Below, piece by piece: positions 52,534-61,086 of a stretch of DNA of 64,000 nt; the stretch's first letter is position 1; each line of letters starts with the position of its first letter. The notes below the pieces were generated by a model, which saw only the letters and a list, made by a program, of their open reading frames with translations, had not been told where the DNA came from and searched no databases. The stretch spans positions 4,352,001 to 4,416,000 of the forward strand of contig CBDCDC010000002.1 of assembly GCA_965215195.1 (NCBI GenBank), read 5' to 3'. A program made the translations under genes and the position numbers. The DNA is from Candidatus Latescibacterota bacterium. GTDB lineage: Bacteria > Latescibacterota > UBA2968 > UBA8231.

Positions 52534-54333
52534 CTACGGATTTTTTTGGAACGTCTGGATAAGCGAGCGGAGTCGCGCGGCCTCGGGGTGATGGGGGACC
52601 AAGCGCAACAAGGTCTGCCAAGCAGCAGTCATCCGACAAAAATCGCCTGTCGTGCGGTAGAGCTCGCCCAAGTGATAATAGGCACTGGTTCTGCTTGGAT
52701 CCAAGGTGAGAGTGGTCTGATAGGCCCTGATAGCTTGGGGGTATTGGCCAAGGTGATGGTAGGCTCGGCCGAGGTTGAAGACAGCTCGTACGTGATCGGG
52801 TGATTGACGCAGCGTTTTTTCGTAGTGGAGAATCGCGGTGGCATGGCGACCCATCTTTTGGTGGGCGAGGCCAGTGTTATAATGTACGCCAGCATGGACG
52901 GGATTGAGTTCCAGCGCGGCTTGGAAAGTTCGGATGGCCGCGTGGTATAGGCCTTCCGCGCTGTAGAGCAGCCCTAGGTTGTAGTAGGGACGGACCCAGT
53001 GCGGATTGATGGCAATGGCCCGTTTGTAGTGCTCAACCGCTCCGTTGACATCGCCTCGCTGGTAGTGCGCATGGGCCAAATTTTCGCGAGCCCTAGCGTT
53101 GTCGGGATAGAGGGCGACGACAGCGGAGAACAGCGCGTAGTCGCTGGCCCAATCGCGATTGCGGTCCATGGTGCGGGCGGCCATAAGCAGGAGGAGGACA
53201 GCGGCTAGGGCATGGCCAGCGAGGCGATAGCGCAGGGCCGTCTGCTTTAGGAATGAGGTCTTAGCGGCTAGCCCTAAGAGGAGCGCCAGCGCGGGCAGGA
53301 CCGGATGCAGATAGCGCTCGGCCATACCACTGGGTGCCAAAACCAAGAGGTTGGAAGCGGGCAGGAAGGCGAGCCAGCCGAAGGCCGCGGCGAAGACCAA
53401 TGGAGGCGAGGAGGAACGCAAGGGCAGGTAGAGGAGCGCACCAGCAGCGAGAAGGCCGGCAATGAAGTAGGGGTTGAGTGGCGTCCGCACCAAGGGGATG
53501 GAGGCGTAGGAGTAGTCCGCTGAGAGGTGAAGCGGAAAGACGATCAGCAGTAGGTAGCGCAGTAGGATCGCCGGGAGGGTCAGCAGTCGCGAAACCGCAT
53601 CGGCGTCGGCGAGGAAGTTGGCAGAGACCAGTTCCGCCGCCTCTGCCGCGTTCCAACGCAGGGCTAGGGCCAAGGCTAGGACTAGGGCATATCCATAGTG
53701 GCGCACGAGCCATGCGCGGGTAAAGGCGAACAAATGTCGGAATGGGCGGACAGGCGCGGCCAAGAGCGCGTCGTAGCAATAGGCGACAGCGGGAAGGACA
53801 AAGCCGCTCTCCTTGGACAAAATGCTGCAACCGTACAGGAACCACGCCAAGACCCGCCCGCGGCGCGTCCGTGCGCGTAGGTGGCAAAGCAGGCCGGCCA
53901 AAAAGAAAAGGCTCATCAGCAAATCGCCGCGGGAGGATATCCAAGAAACCACCTCGGTCTGCAGCGGATGGAGGACGTAAAACAGGGCGGCCAAGAGCGC
54001 GGCAGACTGCCGTGCGAGGATGTGGTTACTTAGCTGAAAGACTAACAGGGCGTTGAGGAGGTGTAAGAGGAGGCTACTCAGGTGGTAGCCTAGCGGCTGA
54101 TCGCCATAGCAGTGGAAGTCACAGGCCAGCGAGAGTAGGGTCAGGGGCCGGTAGAGATCGGGATGAATCCCACTCTGAAAGAAGACGGCCAGTGGGCGGA
54201 ACTGGCGGACTAATGGGCTACTCAGGTAGGCCGAATCATCGAAGACAAAGCCGTTTCCCAAGGCATTGAGGTAGCACAGGACACCTGCCAAGACGATCAG
54301 CAACCAGCATGTAAATGTATGGCTAGCAGGCAT
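52534..54333 (-). CDS. TMTC-like GT-C glycosyltransferase with TPRs
   Basis: FVFDD, YRPLT, HPLQTEVVSWISSR, SKESG, LSADY, AERYL and RNRDW, then TPRs. Start estimated; the track gives 54504. Confidence 0.82.
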   Translation of the reverse strand: MPASHTFTCWLLIVLAGVLCYLNALGNGFVFDDSAYLSSPLVRQFRPLAVFFQSGIHPDLYRPLTLLSLACDFHCYGDQPLGYHLSSLLLHLLNALLVFQLSNHILARQSAALLAALFYVLHPLQTEVVSWISSRGDLLMSLFFLAGLLCHLRARTRRGRVLAWFLYGCSILSKESGFVLPAVAYCYDALLAAPVRPFRHLFAFTRAWLVRHYGYALVLALALALRWNAAEAAELVSANFLADADAVSRLLTLPAILLRYLLLIVFPLHLSADYSYASIPLVRTPLNPYFIAGLLAAGALLYLPLRSSSPPLVFAAAFGWLAFLPASNLLVLAPSGMAERYLHPVLPALALLLGLAAKTSFLKQTALRYRLAGHALAAVLLLLMAARTMDRNRDWASDYALFSAVVALYPDNARARENLAHAHYQRGDVNGAVEHYKRAIAINPHWVRPYYNLGLLYSAEGLYHAAIRTFQAALELNPVHAGVHYNTGLAHQKMGRHATAILHYEKTLRQSPDHVRAVFNLGRAYHHLGQYPQAIRAYQTTLTLDPSRTSAYYHLGELYRTTGDFCRMTAAWQTLLRLVPHHPEAARLRSLIQTFQKNP

Positions 54334-54415
54334 GGACGCGTCTTGAGGATGGGGGCTATTTCGAGTATATATACGTGCGGCTGGCATAGCGACCGGTTTA
54401 GAAGGAAGTATAGGT

Positions 54416-56155
54416 ATGAAGATGAGTAGGGGTAAACAACATGCGGCGTTGCGAGTGGGGGGCCTGTTCCTAGGCTTGCTGGTAGCTCTAGGGGCCTGCG
54501 GCAAGCAGGAAGAGGAAGAAATCGTCGCGGTGGTGGGGCAGAAAGCGATTTACGCCGAGGAGTTGCGGCGATTCGTGCTCAACTTGCTGCCAGGTCTCTA
54601 TACCCACAAGCAGGGTCAAGAGGCGCGGGAAGACTATCTACAGAGCTTGATCGACCAAGAATTACTGCTACTTGAGGCCCGCAACCGAGGTTTGGAGCAG
54701 GACGCGCAACTGGTGGAGAAGTTGAGCAATAAGCAGCGGAAATACATCGTCTCGATTCTGCGCCAGCGCGAGATCGCGCCGCTAGTAGAAGTAACGGAGG
54801 AGGATATCCGCCAGCGCTTTGAAGAACTCGGCTTAGCACGAGAGCGATTTTTGACTGCCCTCGTGGTCGCCAGCCAGCAAGAGGTACGCGAACTTCAGCA
54901 GCGGCTGGCGGCCGGGGAGTCTTGGGCGGATTTGGCCCGGGCGCATTCGCTGGACGCCCAATCGGCTGAACGCGCAGGCGAGGTGGGTTTTCTCAATCGC
55001 TCGTTGGCCGAGCGGATGGGGATACCAGTGGCGATTTTCGATACCCTCGCGGCGGAGAAAGTCTCGCCTCCGCTAGCGCGTGGTCGAGCCTACCAGCTCA
55101 TTCGCTTCATCGGCGAGCGGCAGGCCGAATTGGAAACTCACCAAGCCGCGTTGCGAGCACAGCTAATGAAGCTAGGCCAAAAGGAAGTCGAGGACCGCAA
55201 GGTAGAAATGCTGGCCTACGAACTGGACTGGGCAATGGACGCAGCCGGCCGCCAAGTTCTCGCGGCACTGGCGGAGAATCCGGCGCAGCAAATGCAGCAC
55301 TTGAGCGCGGCCGAGCGCACTGCGGTGCTCTTTAGCTACGAAGGGGGCCAAGTCAGCGTAAACGAGTACCTACACGCGCTAAAGCTGCGTCGGATACACA
55401 CGCGAAAAGCGCTAGCGGACAGTGCGTTTATCACCGCGATTGCTCACCGCTTTATCCTGCCCGAAACCATGCTGGCCCATGCGGCGATCCAAGCGGGCAT
55501 CCCGGACGAGCCGGCCGTTGTCGCTTGGGTGGAGGATGCCAAAAAGGAGCTCTTGTTGACCCGATTGCGCCAGATTGAGGTCGGCGACAAGAGCTCGGTG
55601 GAGGACGAGGCGGCCCGCCGCTATATTGAAGAGCACCCGATGCAGTTTCTGCTGCCGGAGCGAATTTGCTACGAGGAACTCATTGTCCCGACCAAGGAGG
55701 AAGCCGCACAACTCGCAGGAGAGTTGGACGACGCCGTTGATCTTCTGCAGGTGGCCCGGCAGCACGGCTTCAACGTGCGGCCGCGGCAGCCGGATGGCTT
55801 GGTCTGCATGATCGGCCTCAACGAGGTCGTTTATCCCCGACTCTGGCCAGCACTACAGGAGGCACCACTGGGCGCGTTGCGTGGCCCAGTGGAAACTCGG
55901 GACGGGCATATATTCTTTAAGGTAGTGCGGCACCAAGAGCCGCAGCCGGAACCAGCGGACAAGGCACTGCGACGGGCGCGAGCCTCGCTAGTCCAGCGCC
56001 AAGAGCGGGAGCACTTCGACGAACTGCTGGACCAGTTGCGCACCAAGTACCGGAGTCAAGTGACCGCGTTTGCCGATCGCCTGGACGCAGCGTTGCCGGA
56101 CGCACTCTTGGCCGGCCTTACTCGACCGCCGCAAAAACAGATTGAAAACCCCTGA
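54416..56155 (+). CDS. SurA/PrsA-like PpiC-type peptidyl-prolyl isomerase lipoprotein
   Basis: LGAC lipobox, IVAVVG, WADLARAHSLDAQSAERAGEVGF. Paralog of 27035..28699. Confidence 0.78.
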   Translation: MKMSRGKQHAALRVGGLFLGLLVALGACGKQEEEEIVAVVGQKAIYAEELRRFVLNLLPGLYTHKQGQEAREDYLQSLIDQELLLLEARNRGLEQDAQLVEKLSNKQRKYIVSILRQREIAPLVEVTEEDIRQRFEELGLARERFLTALVVASQQEVRELQQRLAAGESWADLARAHSLDAQSAERAGEVGFLNRSLAERMGIPVAIFDTLAAEKVSPPLARGRAYQLIRFIGERQAELETHQAALRAQLMKLGQKEVEDRKVEMLAYELDWAMDAAGRQVLAALAENPAQQMQHLSAAERTAVLFSYEGGQVSVNEYLHALKLRRIHTRKALADSAFITAIAHRFILPETMLAHAAIQAGIPDEPAVVAWVEDAKKELLLTRLRQIEVGDKSSVEDEAARRYIEEHPMQFLLPERICYEELIVPTKEEAAQLAGELDDAVDLLQVARQHGFNVRPRQPDGLVCMIGLNEVVYPRLWPALQEAPLGALRGPVETRDGHIFFKVVRHQEPQPEPADKALRRARASLVQRQEREHFDELLDQLRTKYRSQVTAFADRLDAALPDALLAGLTRPPQKQIENP

Positions 56156-56211
56156 CTCAATGATTAAAATCTAGACTCTACGTCTTCGTTTCTGCCAGAG
56201 GGGAGCCAACC

Positions 56212-59200
56212 ATGTTGAGTGCCAAGAGGTTCCAGTTATTCGCGTGTGGCCTGTACTTGCTCAGTTCTGTCGCGTTGGCCCACGCGCAGACCGCCGCCCA
56301 AGCAGGTTTTAGCCTCTCGGCCAGCGGGATTTCCGTTGACCGGGCCGAGCATTGGGAAGCGTGGACTCGGCCCAAACACGCAGTAGAGATCGATCCACAC
56401 ACTCACGCGGTGCGCCCGCGCACTATCCGCATCGAGACCAATGCCGTGGAGGGAATGGACCAATTTCAGACTCTCATTGGCGATCAGAAGGCCTACGAAA
56501 AACTGCTCAAGGACCTCGGCCGCGCAGACCGTCCCACGCCGTTCAATATCCGCACTGCACCAGCGACCGTGGCTGGCGTCCCCATCGTGCATTTGAAGGC
56601 CAACTCAAAGAAGGGCATTGAGGTGGGCGATCCCGTCATCTGGTACTACTACCACGGAGGCATCAAGTACACGCCCAATAATTCCGAGTCCGCTGCCTTC
56701 ATCCTCGATGGGGATCCCCTGACCTATTGGGAACCCAGCAGCGTGGTGGATCGCACTACCTACCAAGATCTTCCCAAAGACCAACGCGGGCCGATCTACT
56801 ACTTCGCCCGGGAGGAGGTCGGCGAGCGGCGGGTGGATCGCGTAACCTACGAGGCGACCAGCAGGACCGAGCGGCGGATCGAATACCACAGCCGCTCGTT
56901 TGAAAACTGGTACATAGATATCGATTTGGGGCGGCTGGTCGCGGTCTCGCGGATCGTCCTGCGCTTCGTCGATCCAGAAATGGGCGAGCCGTTCCGCCAA
57001 ATCCGCATCCTCGGTACAGCTTCTGACCTGCGCGACGCGCCGCTTTCGCTCATTGAACGCACGATCGTCCCCAACGAAGATCAGACGGTGTTGGAGTTCG
57101 ACCTAGACCCGCTAGACCCGGACGACGAGGGCCTCTTCCAGCAACTGCACATTGTGCGGATCGCCGTCACCGACAGCCGGTTCGACAAATTCCGCACGGT
57201 CTCGGAAGCGGAGTTTATGGCCCTGCCGGTGGGCGACCAAGGCGGGATCGACTACCACATCGTCAACGCAGCCGGCAGCGAGACCAAAGTGGACGAGGAT
57301 ATCTTTTCCCAAGTTGACCCCCAGCGCCAAGGTCAGCTAATCTACTACCAGCGCGAGCGGCCCCGGCTGGCCGACATCGAGGTTTGGAGCCAAGGCGACA
57401 ACATCGCGCTGGGGATCATTGACGGTGGCGGCAGTGTCGACTTGACTGGCACCTTCGCCGGCACCCCCGGCTTTGACGGGCGCTACGAGAGCAACTACTT
57501 GCAGCTAGTCTGGTCGCCAGACCCGCGCTTTGACAACCGAGGCGTACTGACTTTAGACCTAGGGGCCAGATTTTGGCTGAACTACTTCCGCATGGTCGGC
57601 GGCATCAGCGGCGTTGATGAGATGGTACTGCGTGCTTCGGACGGCACGCGGGACTCCAACGGCAACCTCGAGTGGGAGGAGATCCACCGCCAGCAGGGCG
57701 GCACGGTCGAGCAGGGCTTTGACGAATTGCTCCAAGTGCGCTATCTGTCCTCACAGATATTCTCCTCCCAAGCAGGCCGGGCCGGCGGCTACAATACCGG
57801 CGATCGGATCCGCGAATTCCAGCTCTTTGGCCAAGGAGCTCCGTCGGAGGTCATTCTTACTTCACCGATGATTGAGTTGCCAAGCGCGGTCCTCCTAGGT
57901 CGCATAGAGTGGGAAGCTGATATCCCCGATCCCGACCTAGCGCAGGTGGAGATTCGCACTCGCACTGGCGACCGGCTGATCGAGGTAACCGAATACTACG
58001 GCAGTGGTGGCGAGCCTAAGACCGAGTCCGAATACAATAAGCTCCCCAAGGGGTTCCAGGGGCCGGTCGTCTCCCGCGTCAAGCCCGGCGGTGGTTGGAG
58101 CAGTTGGAGTCAGCGCTACGCGCGCTCGGGTGAATTGGTCACCTCGCCTAGCCCCAGACGCTATATGCAAATACAGGCCCGGCTGTTTTCTACAGACCCC
58201 GAGGTGACTGCTTCGCTTCGCTCGGTGCAGGTGCAGTTCATGCCGCCGGTCGCTGGCCGTACGCTGGCCGAGGTCTGGCCCAGCGAGGTGCCGTTCGGCG
58301 AGGAGCGCGACTTCTCACTTTTTGTCAATCCCTCCTTTGTCGAAGACCAGCTTGGGGGCCAGCCGAGCCGCCGCTTTGACGAAATTCTGCTCAATGCTAC
58401 CCCGATCCCCGCACTCGAGATTATCGAGGTACGTCTGGGCGATGAACAAGCGCACCGCTTCGGCGAGCTTGGCTCGCGCCAAGACCCAATAAGCGGGGAA
58501 CACACTTTTTGGTTTGCTGAGCCGGATGGACACCGCTATCAGGCATTTCTGAACGCCGCTGGCGATACTGTCAAGGCGTTCTTTTCTGGAGAAGCTCAGG
58601 TACTCTTGCGACTACCGGAGAAGGTCGCCTTGCAGCCCCAGCGGGATGACTCTAGGACGTACTATCGCGCAATTGTCGAAGAGGGAGATGAAGTGCCCGT
58701 AGATGCCGACGGACGGCTACTCAATGAGCTGACCTACTTAGGGCTACCTTTCGAGGAGCAAGGTCGCATCGTTTACTTCGCGATCACCGGCCAAGATGCG
58801 GCGGTGGGAGCCATTGAGGAAGAGGTTTCGGAGGTGGATTTTCGGGCACTAGAGGACTCGCTCAAGGGGTCAGTCCGCTACTTTCGTCGGCTCCTAGGCA
58901 AAGGCGGGCAGTTCCCGTTCGACCAAGATGGCGAGCCGCTGAGTGAAAGCGCCTACAGTGCTCTGCCCCGGGCCGAGCGCGGGGCCGTGGTGGCAGCAGG
59001 GGAGATGGTGCAGGTGCGCTTCAAGGCGCGGGTCTTGCTCAACGGCAGTACTATCGATGTGTCGATCCGCGACTCCGCGCACCCGGATTCTTGGCAGCAA
59101 GTGGATCCTGGCGATGCTACTGCCGAGACGCCGAGTACCTCGCTGAGCATCTCGGTGCCGTTCTCTTCGCGGGTGATTCAAGACGCGACCATTGCTCCCA

Positions 59201-59493
59201 ACCCCTTCACGCCCAATGCCGACGGGGTCAACGACCAGACCGAAGTCCGCTTTGCCATTGGCAACCTCAATGCCGAGCGGGCACTACAAGTACAAATATT
59301 CGACTTGAGCGGCCGGCTGGTCTGGCAAGAGAAACGCCTTAGTTTCGGCGAGCAGGTGGTTCAATGGGACGGGCGCGACGCACAGGGGACACCGGTGCCT
59401 CCCGGGATCTATCTGTGCCGAATCGAGGTGGATGTAGATGCACAAGGGGCCTCGCACCAAGTCGCCCAGCGGGTGATTGCGGTGGCCTACTAA
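56212..59493 (+). CDS. Secreted protein with a FlgD/CHU_C-like C-terminal domain and internal repeats (paralog 4)
   Basis: Signal peptide (AHA-Q); PNPFTPNADGVND...FDLSGRLV...WDGRDAQG...PGIY...IAVAY. Confidence 0.82.
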   Translation: MLSAKRFQLFACGLYLLSSVALAHAQTAAQAGFSLSASGISVDRAEHWEAWTRPKHAVEIDPHTHAVRPRTIRIETNAVEGMDQFQTLIGDQKAYEKLLKDLGRADRPTPFNIRTAPATVAGVPIVHLKANSKKGIEVGDPVIWYYYHGGIKYTPNNSESAAFILDGDPLTYWEPSSVVDRTTYQDLPKDQRGPIYYFAREEVGERRVDRVTYEATSRTERRIEYHSRSFENWYIDIDLGRLVAVSRIVLRFVDPEMGEPFRQIRILGTASDLRDAPLSLIERTIVPNEDQTVLEFDLDPLDPDDEGLFQQLHIVRIAVTDSRFDKFRTVSEAEFMALPVGDQGGIDYHIVNAAGSETKVDEDIFSQVDPQRQGQLIYYQRERPRLADIEVWSQGDNIALGIIDGGGSVDLTGTFAGTPGFDGRYESNYLQLVWSPDPRFDNRGVLTLDLGARFWLNYFRMVGGISGVDEMVLRASDGTRDSNGNLEWEEIHRQQGGTVEQGFDELLQVRYLSSQIFSSQAGRAGGYNTGDRIREFQLFGQGAPSEVILTSPMIELPSAVLLGRIEWEADIPDPDLAQVEIRTRTGDRLIEVTEYYGSGGEPKTESEYNKLPKGFQGPVVSRVKPGGGWSSWSQRYARSGELVTSPSPRRYMQIQARLFSTDPEVTASLRSVQVQFMPPVAGRTLAEVWPSEVPFGEERDFSLFVNPSFVEDQLGGQPSRRFDEILLNATPIPALEIIEVRLGDEQAHRFGELGSRQDPISGEHTFWFAEPDGHRYQAFLNAAGDTVKAFFSGEAQVLLRLPEKVALQPQRDDSRTYYRAIVEEGDEVPVDADGRLLNELTYLGLPFEEQGRIVYFAITGQDAAVGAIEEEVSEVDFRALEDSLKGSVRYFRRLLGKGGQFPFDQDGEPLSESAYSALPRAERGAVVAAGEMVQVRFKARVLLNGSTIDVSIRDSAHPDSWQQVDPGDATAETPSTSLSISVPFSSRVIQDATIAPNPFTPNADGVNDQTEVRFAIGNLNAERALQVQIFDLSGRLVWQEKRLSFGEQVVQWDGRDAQGTPVPPGIYLCRIEVDVDAQGASHQVAQRVIAVAY

Positions 59494-59514
59494 GGGCCAC
59501 CATCCGGCGGGCAC

Positions 59515-61086
59515 ATGCAGAGGAAAGCGCTGGCCCTAAACCTGCTATCCGCGCTCGCGGGGTTGGGCTTGCTGGCAGGGATCGAAGGCGTTTTGCAACT
59601 TTGCGACCTAGGTCCTTCACCCCGTCTCTTCGCGTTGGCGGAGAACGCCGGCGAAAAAGTCTATACCGCCAATCGGGACGTCTCCTACCGCTTCTTCCAG
59701 CATCCATATCAGCGCTCCTCGCCGCTAGTGCAGAGCTTTGCGGCCGACAAAGCGCCCCAAGTGGTGCGCGTCTTTGCGCTGGGTGCCTCGACCCTCGTTG
59801 GTTTTCCCCATCCGGTTTCAGCCGCCTTTCCTCACTACCTAAAAAAAATGCTTCCCGCTGTTTACCCCGAGCGGCGTTTTGAAGTGATCAACTGTGGGAT
59901 CACCGCGATCAACACCTTCTGTCTAGTAGACTTTATGCGCGAGATCGCCAACTACGATCCCGACTTGGTCATCCTCTATGCGGGCCACAACGAATTCATG
60001 GGCCCCTACGGGGTTACTACGCCCTTTGTCCGCGTGGGCAACCACCGAGTGTTGATCCGCCTTCACATGCTTTTACAGCACTCGCGCATCTACTACTACC
60101 TAGGGGAATTAATCGCACACCTCCAGAGCTGGGCCCAACCCGAGGAGGAGACTCCATCCTTCGGTCTGCATCTAGCCCGCGAGGAAATCGGTCCGCTTGA
60201 CATGGGATACAGCAGGACAGCGGAAAACTTTCGCGCCAACCTCGAGGAAATCGCCCTCATTGCCGCTGAGCGTGGGATTCCGCTGTTGTTGTCGACCCTA
60301 ATTTCTAATCTCAAGGATTTCCATCCGCTGCGCTCGGAGTGCGATGCAGCGATGCCGGCCATAGAGGCGCTGGCCGCCACCGGACAGTGGACAGAGGCCG
60401 AGCGACAGGCTCGGAACGCCCTGCGCGAAAATCCCTACTGCGCCAATCTCCACTTCACACTGGGGCGGCTGCACTATCTGCGCGGCGAATACGGCGAGGC
60501 CAAAGCCGCCTTTGCGCGGGCGCGAGACATGGATCGCTTGCCCTTCCGTGCTCCCACCCTTTTCAATCAGATACTCCGCGAGGTGGCTTCCGGCTCGGAA
60601 GGGGTGCTGCTCTGCGAAGTGGAAGTTGCTTTCTCTACGGCGTCGCCACACGGCATCGTCGGTAGCGAGTTGGTCTCTGAGTACGTACATCCGACAGTCT
60701 TTGGCCACTACCTAATCGCTCGGACGATAGTCGAGACCCTAGCGGCGAGTCCGCTGGCCGGACAGTGGGGTGCATCCTCTGTGCTAGGGGAATACGAGGA
60801 CTATCGGCCCGCCTATCCACCTCTAAAAGAGGTTTGGCGGCGCAACGACCTGATGCTCTTTCTCAAGCGCATGCCCTATAATGTACCCCCGGCGGCACTC
60901 AGCCGACGTCTGTCGGAGCTGATGGCGGCACAAGTGGCTGCGCTTCCGCACCTGCAAGAAGCCGAGCGCCGCCAGTTCATTGAGCAAGGCGGCCTGCGCT
61001 TTCTAAGGAAGATGCTTAAGGAATTGCATCCAAGAGACCGCCCACCTCTACAACGAGCACTAGCAGAGGCGTCCGGTGTGTTCTAG
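59515..61086 (+). CDS. Membrane-anchored SGNH/GDSL hydrolase with a TPR insertion
   Basis: LGASTLVG (block I), VINCG, YAGHNE, EYVHPT (block V variant) and a TPR segment. Confidence 0.75.
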   Translation: MQRKALALNLLSALAGLGLLAGIEGVLQLCDLGPSPRLFALAENAGEKVYTANRDVSYRFFQHPYQRSSPLVQSFAADKAPQVVRVFALGASTLVGFPHPVSAAFPHYLKKMLPAVYPERRFEVINCGITAINTFCLVDFMREIANYDPDLVILYAGHNEFMGPYGVTTPFVRVGNHRVLIRLHMLLQHSRIYYYLGELIAHLQSWAQPEEETPSFGLHLAREEIGPLDMGYSRTAENFRANLEEIALIAAERGIPLLLSTLISNLKDFHPLRSECDAAMPAIEALAATGQWTEAERQARNALRENPYCANLHFTLGRLHYLRGEYGEAKAAFARARDMDRLPFRAPTLFNQILREVASGSEGVLLCEVEVAFSTASPHGIVGSELVSEYVHPTVFGHYLIARTIVETLAASPLAGQWGASSVLGEYEDYRPAYPPLKEVWRRNDLMLFLKRMPYNVPPAALSRRLSELMAAQVAALPHLQEAERRQFIEQGGLRFLRKMLKELHPRDRPPLQRALAEASGVF

